The notes under the pieces: model-generated
What the model saw: only the letters and a program-made list of their open reading frames with translations
Told to the model about the DNA's origin: nothing
Databases searched by the model: none
Shown here: positions 49,791-63,631 of the stretch, in pieces
How the letters are laid out: each line of letters begins with the position of its first letter
Numbering within the stretch: the stretch's first letter is position 1
NCBI RefSeq assembly: GCF_036321535.1
Contig: NC_087436.1
Location: 8,184,001 to 8,248,000 of the forward strand
Length of the DNA: 64,000 bases
Direction of reading: 5' to 3'
DNA from: Camelus dromedarius
Taxonomy: Eukaryota
Program-made: the position numbers and the translations under genes

Positions 49791-50312
49791 TGAAGGAAAC
49801 CAGAATATGTCCCCCCAAAATATGTGCCTGACATATTGATTATTTTTAGTTAAGAAATAACAAGTTCAAGAAGGACACTCTGACCCTTCTTTTTCTTCCT
49901 GAAAGCAGGAGATAAAACTTGCATATAAAATGTACTCTCCCTGTACTGAGAGGAAGGAAAACATAATTATCACTATGGATGGGGAATTGGGGGCTCTGAA
50001 ATCTTACAACCAACCTTGTTAAACAAACCTTTATCATCTTACTTCCTTCTTCACTATTTACTGCCCTCACCCCAAACCCTTTTGTCTTGTTAATTTGTCA
50101 CAAATGTTTTGTTTCTTTCTCTGAAAAGTATAAAAACTCCTTGCTCTGGTCACTTCTTTGGGTCTTCATTCTCTTATAAAGGCTCTCATGCACATGTAAA
50201 AATTTAGTAAATTTGTATGCTTTTCCCCTGTTAATCTGTTTTACATCAATTTAACTTGTAGGCCCACTTGGAGACCCTGAGATAGCTGAGGAGAATTTTT
50301 TCCTGCCCTGCA
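49791..50312 (+). mobile_element. MER34-like ERV1 solo LTR
   Basis: tgaaggaaaccagaatatgtccccccaaaatatg start; tttgtatgcttttcccctgttaatctg and ttcctgccctgca end. Confidence 0.85.
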
Positions 50313-50819
50313 GAAATTGTATAATAAACTGTGTGGCACAAACAATCCTTCTGATACAGAGGTTAGGAGAAAAACAAGTGAATAAATCTGAGGGCAAAAA
50401 GATCTAGAGCTGAGACTTGAATCTTTTAAAGAGAAATATAAAAAAATATTCTATTGTGGATTATTTAAAAAAGAAAAAAACATTCCATTTGATATTTGTA
50501 GTAAATTAGAGTATAATAAAGAATAATTGTAAAATTATTTTAATTGCAAAATGTTATTAAGTGCTAAAAAATAATTATAAAGTTAAGACTTCACTTAAAT
50601 ATTGGTTTTAACCTTTAAGTCATCCTGTTCGTGATAATAAATTTTATATATTAGTTAACTTCCAAGAAATTTTATTATTTTAACTATAATCAAAGTCACC
50701 CTTGGAATATTTTTTTCCCTTAAAAGAAAGGTAGTATTTCTATTTCTTACCACGATAGAGTAACAGGAAATGGATTTACCCTTCTTCATGAAACAACCAA
50801 AAAAAAAAAAAAAAAATGA

Positions 50820-50965
50820 GGGGGAGGGTATCACTCAGTGGTAAAACACTTGCTTAGCATGCATGAAGTCCTGCGTTCAATCCCCAGTACCTCCATTAAG
50901 TAAATAAATAAACAAACCTAATTACCTCCACTCCCCCCAAAAAACAAACAAACAACAAAAATAAA
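50820..50965 (+). mobile_element. Vic-1-type SINE
   Basis: ggggagggtatcactcagtggtaaaacacttgcttagcatgcatgaagtcctgcgttcaatccccagtacctcc plus aaacctaattacctcc tail. Confidence 0.92.
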
Positions 50966-50969
50966 CATT

Positions 50970-52075
50970 GATTATAAAGAAATTCTACATAAGAAGCAAT
51001 GATGAGCAACTAAGCTGAAAGACAAGAAACAAGGTATATAATTTCTATAATTGAATCACCTTCCTAATAAAAGAGTTTCAAGCCCACAACGCAAGGAAGA
51101 AGGCCCACATAGAGCTTAGTGAACTCCCTGAACTGAAGAGACAAGCTGAGATTTGGGGGAGAGCAAGAAAGTTAGAGTTTTCAGGATAGAGTGATGGAGA
51201 GAAGGAAGAGCTGATCGGAGAGAGAACGCTGGAGAGTTCTGGGGTTCTGGAGAGGGGCTTCTCCTGTATTCAACTGAGCATACATGCAAAGGAACTCCCC
51301 AAGGAATTACCTGAAAAGAGTAAAGGTAACAGCATCTAGTATTCGTACAGGTTTGAGAATAGAGTTTGCTCCTGCAAGTCACACTGAAAAGTATTTATGA
51401 TGTCTGAGATTTTATTTAGACATTTTAAAATGAATCTTGTCTCAATATGGAGAAATAATTAACCCTAAACTAAGCAGTAAGAATATCTGAGTCAAAAGAT
51501 ATCAAAACCAACACGTGAAAGCACCAAATTGTATCCAATTATCTTCACTGTGTCCTGAAATAAAGGTGAAGAATATTTATAGAAATAAATAACTAGCAGC
51601 ACCAAGATAAAAAACAATAGCCACATCCAATCAAAAATCCATAAGTATGCAAAGAAGCAGAATGTTATGAATAATAACCAATCAATTGAAATTGACCTTG
51701 ATTTGATTTAAATATTAAAATTAGCACGACATTTTACATAACAGCTCATATAACTAAACAGTAATTATGTTACTATTTGTATTCTATTTGTTGAAAAAGC
51801 TAAGTAAAAACATAGAAGATAAAGAGTGTATTTGAAAGTATTAAAAATATTTAGACATTGAAGAAAAATGATTAATGAACTGTAAAACGCACAGAAATGA
51901 GAATATGACTGAAAGTGAATAAAATACCTCTGAAGTATAGAGCAATATTAAGAAGTCAAATGTAAGTGCAACTGGAAACAATGAAGGAGAAAAGAAAAAA
52001 TAGACTGAAAATATTGTAAGAAATGGTATTCAATTATTGGTGAAAAATACAAGACTTCAAATCTAAGAATTCTAC
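50970..52075 (+). mobile_element. Old L1 (L1M4/MC) 5' region and ORF1 remnant
   Basis: gtgaactccctgaactgaagagacaagctgaga; catccaatcaaaaat...tatgcaaagaagcagaa; atcaattgaaattgacc. Confidence 0.65.
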
Positions 52076-52671
52076 TAGATAGTGAGTAGTATTATAATTA
52101 TAGTAAGTTTACTAGGTGGGATTCCCTTACCTGGGCAATTAATATCTGCTCTAACCATGGCCATAGATATGAATTTTTTCCTAAAGTTACTCAAGCTCAA
52201 CCAGACCAACAAGTAGCAACTTGAAGCAGTTAATTAACCAGATCTCATCCTGACCTGCTGTTGTCTATGGCAGCGTACCCCTAATAAATTCCTTTTCTAG
52301 TCTCATTAAAAAAAAAATACATGCAGCAATAGAAATAATTTCTTGCCTGCTGGACTGCAAAATGGCATTGCCACTTTAGACAACAATTCCTTATAATATT
52401 ATATAACACTGACCACGAATTCCCAAGAATCTCATTTTTAGTACTTATCCAAGTGAGCTAATAACTTATTTCACATCAAAACTGTAGAGGAATTTTTAGA
52501 GCACCAGAATTAATAATTGCTCAAACTGGAAACAATCAAAATGTCCTTGAACTTGTGAATGGATAAACAAACACTGGTTCATATTCTCAGTGTAATATCA
52601 TTCACCAATAAAAGGAACGAGCTATTGATTCAGGCAACAATAAGAATGTATCATAAATGAATTTTGGTAGG

Positions 52672-52873
52672 TCAGATTTCTCAACCTTGGCACTATTGAC
52701 ATTTGGGCCAGAATAATATTTTGTTGTGGTCAACTATCTTGTGCATCCATCAAAGGGCCTCTGTTTACCAGACATCAATATCATTTCCTCAGTTGTAACA
52801 GTGAAAAATGAATTCAGACATTGTTCAATGCTTCAGGGCAATCAGAATCACCCACAGTCAAGAACAATTGTGT
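52672..52873. mobile_element. MER20 (hAT-Charlie MITE)
   Basis: tttctcaaccttggcactattgacatttgggccaga...cagttgtaaca...cagacattg...tcaagaacaattg. Confidence 0.88.
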
Positions 52874-53363
52874 TAGGTGAGAAGTCAGCCAGCAAAGACT
52901 GCATACTGAATGATTACATTTTAATGAGATTCTAGAAGAAAATAAAAGTATAGATAAGGAAGACTATTAGTTGCAAGGAGTTGAGGGACTACAGAATAGT
53001 AAACAAAGTAAGATCAAACGTGTGGAATATTAGGTGTTGCAAATGTTCTCTCTAATACTCTGGTGGTGGACATGTCTCTGTGTATTTATCAATGCACACA
53101 GAACTATACACAAAATGAGTGGCACTTCCTGTATGCAAGTTAAGCAAAAAAATCAATCAGATGTCATGGATCTGGGATAAAATTTAAACTGAAATAGATC
53201 TAACTGTATTTCTGTGTAGCATGTGACTTTAGTGAGGGTGGTAGGGAAGAAATGATCCAACTTAAGTAAACTGAAGAAGTGTTTTGATGGGATAATGTCA
53301 AAATCAAAATAAAATAAATAATATTATCTCTTTTGTAGTCTTCTCAAAAATCTGGAAACCCAG

Positions 53364-53545
53364 AGGGGAGGATATAACTCAGTGGAAGAGCGCATATTTA
53401 GCATGTACGAGGTTTGATCCCCTGCACCTCCACTAAATAAACTAATTAATTAATAATAATGATAATAATAATGATGATGATAATGATAAACCTAATTATC
53501 TCCCCCTCAAAAAACAAAACAAAAAAATTTAAAACTTTTTTTTAG
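53364..53545 (+). mobile_element. Vic-1-type SINE with a small deletion before the B box and a (TAA/TGA)n expansion
   Basis: Perfect 16-bp TSD aaatctggaaacccag at 53348-53363 and 53546-53561. Confidence 0.93.
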
Positions 53546-54603
53546 AAATCTGGAAACCCAGTCTAATGATGAAAACATATTAGTCAAACTCAAACTGAGG
53601 AACATTCTAAAAATATTCTCCACAACTGCCATGGTCATTAACAAGAAAAAAAGAAAAACTGAGAAACAGTCAGAGATTTGAAAGAACCTAAAGTGACATG
53701 ATAGCTAAATGTACTTTGGTGACTTGGATTGACACTAAAATGGGAAAAGGATATTAATAGGAAAAAAAAAATCAACAAATGTGAATAAAGTCTTTGTTTA
53801 GATAACAGTACCATGCCAGGGTCAATGTCTTAGTTTAGATAAGTGCACTAAGATTATCTAAGCAGTGTTAGGGCAAGCAGGGAGGGGGAAAGGCATGTGG
53901 GAACTCTGTACTATCTTCTGTAATTTAAAAAAGAAAATTTAAGAGTTTAAGTTTATATTACAGTTTGGGTCAGGTTCCACTAGCTCATATTCGTAGAGCT
54001 GATGAAATTGAATTGATAAGAGACCTTTCAGCAGTGGTGCTTTTAATGCAATTCTTAACTGGTTTGGCCTGCAGAGTACATTTCCCAGATGACTAATTTA
54101 AATCTTATGAAGCAACTTTTCAATAGCGCAAAAACAGAGAATGTCCTGGAATCTATGAGTTTGAAGGCTGCAGTTGTAGGTTTGTAAAAATGTATACTTA
54201 ACTGCTGGAATCCAAATGTAAAAGTTTTCACTCACATTCTGCCATTCTAACTCCATCTAAACATCAACTCGTGTCTTTTTCAGATTGATGATATTGTTTT
54301 CACATTTGTTTCTGTTTGTCTGTTTTTAGGAAATGGCAAATTGAATTTTTCTTAAAATTGTAATGATCATATTTTATCTTTTATGCTAAACCTGCTAGCT
54401 ATATATAACACATATGTGAATAAATATTATAGGTGTATATAAAAGTATGCTCACTAAATAGATATGTACATATAGATAGATATTTAATTAAGTTTAATAT
54501 ATTTGCCTTATGTGACAAACCAGGAAAGAAACTGGCCAAGTTCTTCTGCTACAGAATTCAAAGGGGACTCACTTTAGGTTTTCAGAAACCCATTGACAGA
54601 TCA

Positions 54604-55148
54604 TGTAGAGGACAAATCCTAAGAAGGTTCCTAAAGGTGCCTTTGAAATGGCATCCATGCCTTTGTGTAATCCCCTCCTTTTGAATGGGACAGGATGTGA
54701 GGCTTGCTTTCAACCAATACGATATGTTAAGATAATATCATAATAGTTTTCTGTGATACTGTTATGTAGTTACAGCTCTCATTTTGCCAGCAGATTCCCT
54801 CCCATGCAAGTTGCCACCCTGAGGAACTTAATGTGGAAATAAAATGAGGGGGACCTTCACCAACAATGAGGGCATGAGATCTTCAGTCCAACAATGTCAA
54901 AGGAATTAAATCCTGTCAAAAACCTTTCAAGCCAGCTTGGACATAGACCCTTCCCCTCAAATTCTCAAATAAAGACTCCATCCTGACCAACAGCTTGATT
55001 ATGCCTCATGTGAAGTCCTAAAGCAGAAAAGCCATCAACCCACATCCAAAAATTTCTGAACCACAGAAACTGGGAGATAACCTACATGCGCTGTTTTAAG
55101 CCATTAAGCATGTGGTAATTTGTTATGCAGCAATAGGTAGCTAATACA
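54604..55148 (+). mobile_element. MLT1E-like MaLR solo LTR
   Basis: tgtaga...tgtgtaatcccctcc...ttttaagccattaagcatgtggtaatttgttatgcagcaataggtagctaataca. Confidence 0.88.
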
Positions 55149-57404
55149 GATGGTAATTATGTAAGTTTTTCCCTTCAGGCACCTAAGGTGATGGTTTAAG
55201 TAATACTTAAACATTATCAGGATATCAAGAGCATTTAACAGCTTCTTTGTCCATTTAATCTTTCAGGTCACTGATTTTCTCAGTTCAGTGATGTGTACTG
55301 CTGAGCTGAGACAGCTTTATCAAATGTTTAAAAAACAAAAAAAGGTGGGGGGGAGAAACTATGACTTTGGACTTAGTTCAGGCTACTCTTTCTGTTATTT
55401 ATCAACAAGGTTATCACATAAACTACCATTCTGAACCACTGAGTCTTGTTCAAAATTGTTAATAAAAACCCCATTCTACAGCTTCAGGCAGGGTCTCTCA
55501 GAATTGACATTACTCCTAGCTAATACTCAAATAGCTAAAAATAAATGAATGAAATGTGGAGCATAGACAATGTTAGTATTTTTAACCATCAGGAAACAGA
55601 AACTGTACACTTAGGCAAAGAATGTGAAGTGTGGTAGCAGGAAAGATGAAAGCAAATCCCTCATGTTTTCCAAAAAGCTAGAAAAGAGCTCGGAGTAAGG
55701 TTACTTTTACATGAGCAGCTCAAAAGGTTAAAAGAATTTAGTAGCACAAAACCATCCTTCCTTATACTCAAGATAAAAGACGCAAATGGGAAATTCTGGT
55801 TTCCATTATCAATAATCAACATCTATTCAAATTGCCAATAAATCAGTCTTCTTTCCTTAAAGAACTTCTAATGACTTTTTGCCAGGAGATGAAACAATAT
55901 TTATATTTTCACACTATTTGATGTAGGGGTTCAAATAATGGTCCTTGGACTACTTTTGGTGTGTAAATGAGTGCTCCTTACTTATGCTTTTATAGAGTTT
56001 ATCCAGTGCAGTATTTAAAATTTTTATTTATATAATAGATTTTGAATTTCTCTTGACAAATTAGTAAATCAGGCAACACAAGACTATATTCTTTTTATTA
56101 TAGTTCCTAAGATTCAAAACATATGGAATGCATGTGTAGTTAAAACCAGTTACTTCAGAATTTATTTTTCTTGCCTGGTTCATATATATGTTTGCATTTG
56201 TGAACTCTATTCCAGGTATTCTAGACTATCTTAAATATTTCAAGTTTTGGACACTTACATCACAATTTTAAAATATATCTTAAAAAAATTTTTAAATTAC
56301 AAAAGCAATTCATATTAATTTTGAAAAGCATACAATAAAACATATTAATTATAAAATAGATTCTCCACTTAAAAAAAAATATAGTCCCAAGATATAAAGA
56401 GTATTAACATGTTAACATTTGTATTATGACATGTTGAATGCTTTCAATTTGTCCTCATTGACTGAAGCAGGTACCTAGTATTCCCTTTAGTTAGTCAAAG
56501 AATTTTTTAAAAAAAGTAAACAAACAAAAAACCTTGAAGTTTATCATTCTATATTTAGCCCTTACAGTTTTAAAAGTTGATTATTTTACAACTTATTATA
56601 TTTATGGATTTATTTGCTTTCCAGCTAATATACAAACTAAATTTCTCTTTTCAAAAATAAAACCAACAAAAATCTTCCTTGACTAAATTCTCTGTATACT
56701 GGGATAAGTGATCATTGCTTGATGCAAATAAATAAATAAAATGCAAAACAAAAGTTTGAAAATTGTTCTCTTTCAGTTATTATGTTTACTTTCAGTTTTA
56801 CTACTCAACTTTATCTTGGCTATTTTTCTCTTGAAAGAGCCCACTACTTAGCTCTTTTTAAATTTAAAATAGACAACACTTTTCTAATATTATTGGATAA
56901 GTTAGAATGGTAAAGTGTCAAAAAGTCATGAACAAAAGATATTTTGACTGGAGGAATGAACTCACTGAAGAAAATGGTTAAATGTTCTAAGATTAAAGAG
57001 GTATCAAATTGTAATGATAAGAAACTTCTATGAAAACTTATTTTTTTTTAAATCATTTAACCCAACTTTAAGAAGAAAATAATAGGAATCAGTAGACAAA
57101 GAAACCACATATCATATTTTCTGATATAAATTTTTAAAAATGGTTCTTTCAGATAAAATTTATTTACTTTTTAAGTTACTGGTGTATAAGTTTAGATCCA
57201 GTCATGATGCCTGTCTATCATACATTCAACTATTTCAAAATTGATGATACAATGTAGACATACGAATTTAGACAGAACAAGAAGAGAGAGAAAACAAGAT
57301 TAATCTGACACTCTTCAATCAATAAATATAGGCTATATAATAGATAACTCAAGGCGCTGCCATAAATTGAATCTATATGACAATGACAATAGAGATAATG
57401 CATA

Positions 57405-58553
57405 AAAGTGGGGGAGACCCAATTAAATTTAAGTTTTGTACAACAAAGGAATTCATCAACTAAATGAAAAGATAAGCTTCTAAATGGGAGAAAATATTTG
57501 TAAATGATATGACCAATAAGGAGTTAATATCCAAAATATATGAACAGCTCATTCAACTCAATATCAAAAAAAACCAAACAACTCAATTTAAAAAAAAAAA
57601 AAATGGGCAGAAGACCTGAATAGATATTTTTCCAAAGAAGATATGTAGATGGCTGTCAGGCACATGAAAATATGCTCAATATCGCTAATCATTAGAGAAA
57701 TAAATCAAAACCACAGCGAGATACTAACTTACATCATCAAAATGGCTACCATAAAAAAGTCAACCAATAACAAACATTGGCAAGGATGTGGAGAAAAGGG
57801 ACCCTTAGTACACTGTTGGTGGGGATGTAAATTGATGTAGCCACTATGGAAAATAGTATGGAGGGTCCTCAAAAACCTAAAAATGGAACTACCATATGAT
57901 CCAGCAATTTCACTCTTGAAATTTTGCTTTCCAAAAAAAAAAAAAAGACAACAATAATTTAAAAAGATACATACACCCCAATGTACAAAACAGCATTATT
58001 TTAAATAGCCAAGATATGGAAGCAACCTAAGTGTCCATCAACAGATGATTGTATAAAGAAGATTTGAGATATATATGTATACATGTGTAATATATATGCA
58101 ATGAAATATTACTGAGCCATAAAAAAGAAGAAAATTATTCCATTTACAATAAGATGTATGGACCTAAAGTGTATTGTACTTAGTGAAATTAGCCAGGAAA
58201 AGACAAATACTCTATGTTATCACTATAGGTAGAGTCTAAAGATAAAACAAAGAAATAAATGTAGCAGAAAAGAAACAGACTCATATACAGAGATGAAACT
58301 AGCAGTTACCATTGGGGAGAGGGAAGGATAGAAGAACAAGAGCAGTATGAGGGATTAAAAGACACAAACTATCATGTATAAAATAAATGAGCAACAAGAA
58401 TATATTATATAGCACAGGGAAATATAGCCATGATTTTGTAATAGCTTTAAATGCAGTATAACCTACAAAAATATTGAATCACTGTGTTATACACCTAAAA
58501 CAATTATAAATCAACTATACTCCAATAAAGATTATAATTAATAAAAAAAAAAA
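57405..58553 (+). mobile_element. L1 3' portion (L1MA9/artiodactyl-type) with A tail
   Basis: ORF 57649-57840 (RHMKICSISLIIRE...[16 protein letters not shown]), followed by 3' UTR and poly(A). Confidence 0.95.
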
Positions 58554-58720
58554 TTTAGAGAATCCTCTGACTTATTAAAAAAAAAAACAGAATGCAAGAG
58601 TAGAAGAAATAGAGTTAGAAATGTTCAAGGAACTAATACAAGAATATTTTCCAGAACTGAAGGACATAGATATGCATATAGAAGTACCTGAAAATGAGAT
58701 AAAACAGTTCTATGTCCACT

Positions 58721-58722
58721 TA

Positions 58723-58777
<55 letters not shown>
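58721..58777. repeat. (TTA)n microsatellite
   Basis: Directly visible. Confidence 0.95.
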
Positions 58778-58779
<2 letters not shown>

Positions 58780-61700
58780 ACAAATTAAAGATTCTAAAAG
58801 CTTTTGAGGTTGGGTTAGGAGGGAAAGAGTTCACACAGAAAGAATCAGGAGTGACATAAAATCTGTCAGTAGCAGTTCTAGAAAGTGTTCATAATTCACA
58901 GGGAAAATGCCTTTCAATCTAGATAACTGTATCCAACAAACTATCATTGGATAGTGAAAGTAAACTAAAGTATTTCAAAGTTGCCTCCTCAAAATATTTA
59001 CATTCCTAATTACTGACAATGTCCATATCAGCTAAAACAGTGGGATGAAAAGATGAAGAGGGATATGGGAGTAAGAAAAGAGAGGCTGATCTTAGAAGAG
59101 AGGAAATGAGAATTTCCAGGCAAACTGAAGGCATATTGTATGTTAAGGCTCTAAGGTGTAGTTTGAGTGCAAACCACAATGGGACTAGTAGGATTCAGAG
59201 ATACAGAGGCATATATTCATTAAAAAATAAATAAAAAATTATTCTATGCTTGTTAATTATTCAAAGTACAACTGTAATTTATTTTAGAATTTGAGTTTGA
59301 AATTATGTTTTGCATGGAAAATCCAGGAATCCATCCTAAAAAATAGAATATTCTAAATTCCCAGGGAAAACAATGTTGCCTTAGAAAGGAAGTATGCTAT
59401 ATGCTTCAGTTTTGAAAAAAATATAATTTTGATATTTGTAAGTACTGACTATTGATCTGCACTAAAATTATGACAGAAACAGGGAAATGGTAGAATGAAA
59501 ATAATGGTGATATACATTTCTGTTGTATTAGGAGCACCTAATGTGAGAGAATGCATGAAATTAACTTGAAAGGTTATTTAAAATGTTAAAAAATGTAAAG
59601 CTAATTTTAAAATTCTACATTTTCAGATAGAAAGTAAATTTGTAATATCTAAAACTTTAAAACAAAGAATTACAAATATGATGTCATTAAAATGAAGGAA
59701 AGTAGCAGAATAGACTACTGGATGAGTTAAAAATGTTTGCTTCTCTGAAGGAGAAACTGAGAGAAAGTTAGACATGGGACAGAGGACAGTAGCTTGTGTT
59801 TTGAGCCCTGTGAAATAATTGACTTTTTGAAACTGTGTTTATAGTGTAGTCATGAAGTTTAAATTAAGTTCCAAAAAATATATTGTCATACTACTGAGAG
59901 TAGAGTATTGCCTCATACAACCCATGAAAATACACAAAAAACAACCGCAAAATCATATGGCAAATTGAGATTTCTCTCTCGTGATGTTCATATGGGATAC
60001 TATATTTTATTTAAGTAACCTTACTTGCCAGACTGGCTTTATACATTTCTTTTTGTATTAGAACTTAATGCTGTGGTGTACTCTATAAATAGTTTTACGT
60101 ATACATCTTTGTTTCCTAGTCAAAACTAAATTATTGATAAATATGAAAGCACTTGCTATGATCAGAATAAACAATGGAGATACATAAATGACAATTTTAC
60201 AAATGTTCAGGTATAAAATTAAGGATAAAAGTGGTTTCGCTTGACTCAAGTTTTAGTGAAAGTTTTTTCTTAATTATTAATTTTCACTTATTGACTATAA
60301 CACTATAATCAGTTCTGAGATTTTCCATACTTCTTACTAAAAATAATGAAAACACTTCTCTAATCTTCCCAGGAAGTAGGAGAAAGAAAAGTATGCCATA
60401 AGCATTGAATTCCAGTAATATCTACACTTTCAATGCAATTGCTACGTACTGAGCATCTCCAGTTGGAGTTTTAGATAATCCTCTGGCCAAAGGAGACATA
60501 GGGGTTTTAAGTCATGATCTCTGTCATGCAGAGCTGAAGGCAATTTAACTGGGTAGCAAAGTCAGATGCAAGTAAGGCACCTGATGGTGTTGGCAGAAAG
60601 CAAATGAGACTTCACAAAGAAAGGAACTGAAGATGAGCAACACCAGAATGGTCTGCATTTGAGCTTTTGGTTAGCAAATGATGCCTCCCCAGAGAGAAAA
60701 CATGGCATCCTGAAAGGAGATAAATTACATATGTGTGTCACTTATTATTTTTGTAAAGGGAGATTGCTTAACAGAAGAGCTTGTTTTATCTTACCCTGGC
60801 CAGGTTTTTATCCATTATATTGTATTTTACTTGCTCTAATTATGGCATGTAAATGCAGGACGCTGAGTGTATGTGGAAAAGTGTGCACATGTGAACGCTG
60901 TCACATCTGATTTAGTTTTGTTTTTTCCTTTGAAGTCATGGAGAATGTTAATCTCTTCCTCTGCTTTCTTTTCATGTGTGCATCTTTTTTTTTTTTTTTA
61001 AATTCTCTTCCTCCATCCTTTATCTCTGTTTCTTCTTTCTCTTCTAGTTGCTACCACAGTTTGGGTTCTTTTAAAGTCCAGTGGGGCCAAGCAGCTCAAC
61101 ATTTATGGGTAATCTCAGTACTACGTAGGAAATAGGGCTGAATTGGAGTAAACAGTGGCTTCAAATTGGATACTTGTCTGAAATACCCTCTAGAGTGATC
61201 TTACTATGTTTTTTTCAGAGGCACTTCTTAATTAGGTTTACTCATTCAGGGAAGAGTTTGACTCAAAATGAAGCACATTAGGGCACAATTTCTTAGTGTG
61301 CAATTTGATAATCACTCTTTCATTTTGACAGTCTCATTCTCATCAAGAGACTGGTTTGTAGAAAATAAAACCCACATGCTAATTGGCGTCCTACATTTCA
61401 GCTATCCATTTTTGTTCTTCAGATTTTACAACTGGACCACTGGTTAAACAGCCTTTATTTCTTCTATGGCTCCCCACACACCTGACTCTTACCACTTAAA
61501 ATAGAGAATTTTAGAATGGGTTATTGAGGGCTGCCTTATCCTAGAGAATGTTTTATTTATTTCCAAAATCTAAAAAATAGTTTACTTCAGTTTGTATCAG
61601 TCTTCTTCACTTTGGTCCATGTTATACTCTGTATGATTCATAGTTTTATACTTTGGGGTTTGAAGTTATTTTCTTCTCTTTATTTCTGGGATTACAGAAG

Positions 61701-62307
61701 CTAATCTGTGTCATGTATATTCAATAAATGTGGATTAAATGGATGAATTAGTTAATGCATATTCTTTGCAATTACAAAGAAAATAAATAAAAATAAAATA
61801 TCCATTGTCATGAAAATACTATTTAAGCTATATCTAATATATTTTCTTGCTGTGGTACATGTAGTACTTAAGACATTTTAACAATAAAATTTCCACTGAA
61901 AATGCCAGAAAGACTATTAAAAACTTGAGAAGAACAAGAAAGAAAGGAGGAGGAGAAGGAGAAAGAGAAATATTAATTGCCACATGTAAGTAAATGTCTG
62001 CAGGATGGAGTCTGTCCAGAATGACAAAACCCAAACGTTCAGAATAGGTTCCAATAATTTTTTTTCTCTTAGTTTTACTTGGCTGTGCTGTGTGCCCAAA
62101 AAGGCAACAGGGCCAGTGAATAGACCAAGTGCCCCATCCACAAGAGAGAATGTCTTAGGCAATAGCAGGAAAGGCATGTTTGATTTATTTGTCATGATAT
62201 TCAGACAAATCAGTACTGTGTTTCTACTTGTCTGGATCAAGGGACTATCCCTGGGACCAATATACTATTAATCCTTGGCATATTTGAGTTAGTTTATATA
62301 CAAATGG

Positions 62308-62880
62308 TGTTACCAAGTTCAGATCCAGCTGCTCATCACTCAAAAATCAATACTCGAGAGAGGCAAATGATGGTAGAAAAGAAGGTTGCTTTTAATCAGA
62401 ATGCTTGCCATCTGGGGAGATACTGGAATCAGTGTCAAAAAACCCACAAAAAGACCAGGGCTGTGATTCTGCTCAGCCATGAAGTTTTGAAGGAAAAAGG
62501 GGAAGCAATCTCAATTAATCACTGAGATACGGGGTCAGTATCCCACACAGAGCCCACACTGTGTGCAGGCTTGTAGACTTGTGTATTTTCCTTAGATGTT
62601 ATCTTGTTCACACAGTTTGTTCATGAGATTACTGCAGGGGAAGCAAGGGAAGAGACCTGGTCATCTGTTAATTACTTATTCTCCATTTCTACTCCTTTGA
62701 TCTACAGAAACAACCAACAGGTTAAGCAAGGCATGATATAATCAAAAGATCTGAAAGATGCCCAGGGCCAGAAATGAGTAGAGCATGAGGGTGCCTGGTT
62801 AAAGGTTAGTGACAAGACAAAAGGCCCCCCTGTAAAGAGCTCTTATCTGCAAAGAGCTCTTTCTTGACATACTGCTTACA
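62308..62880 (-). mobile_element. ERV1-class solo LTR
   Basis: tgttacc...gcttaca termini; minus-strand ATTAAA (gcttttaatc near 62390) at the expected poly(A) signal position. Confidence 0.8.
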
Positions 62881-63631
62881 ATAATACATATTGAATCTTT
62901 GCTAGTTTGTGTGGCTCCTTGGAAGAGAATTCAGCTTCTTCAAGCATAATAATAGCCCAAATGATATGTAGATTTTATGTATGTGAAAGCATTTTTAGAA
63001 CTCTCAAACTAGAAGCTATAATGATTGTCAATCACATCCTTGTAGCATCCCTTAATAGACCCGAGGAATGGAGGAGGCTGACTCAGTTTTATTAGAGACC
63101 CCAGAGTCCTGTAGCCTGGTGCTGGTCTTGTATAGCTGTTGAAAGCAGTGGCAGGAAAGGAATTCCTATAGGTTTTAATGCTTGTCCCTGACAGCCGGGA
63201 ACAGCAAAACTCTCGGAGAAACAAAGAGACACTGTGTTGAAAAAGATATCAAAGAAAGACTGAACTAAACTGTGTATCATTAACAGGAAACATTATTATT
63301 ATCATTATTATTTTCACTCTGAGTTCTAAGAAAAAGTTTTTATCCTACTTTCCAGAAGTATATTTTCTTTTATCTAAACAGATATGTTTAACAGACTATA
63401 ATACCTGGAAATGTAAATTTCTAATATAATTTTTTTAAAGGCTCCATCATAACACTTTAATTCAGAGAAAATATAATAACTACCTGGACAATCATAATAC
63501 AAAATTCTTATTACTATTATTATTTTTATTACTATAAAACTTAATTGCTTTCTGTCTTGAAGTTAGTGCCATTAAGTTCTTAAAAAGGAATCAATAGGAA
63601 AGTGTTTTTAGTTTTTGTTAACTTTTGAGTT

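Larger units (their letters stand above)
52340..53940 (+). mobile_element. L1MC/MD 3' end hosting MER20 and a SINE
   Basis: aaactggaaacaatcaaaatgtcc...gtgaatggataaacaaa; caaactgaggaacattcta; ggaactctgtactatctt. Confidence 0.8.

Noticed and set aside
55920..56260. Possible hAT-Charlie MITE remnant
   Set aside because: Resemblance too weak to support a call without a search.
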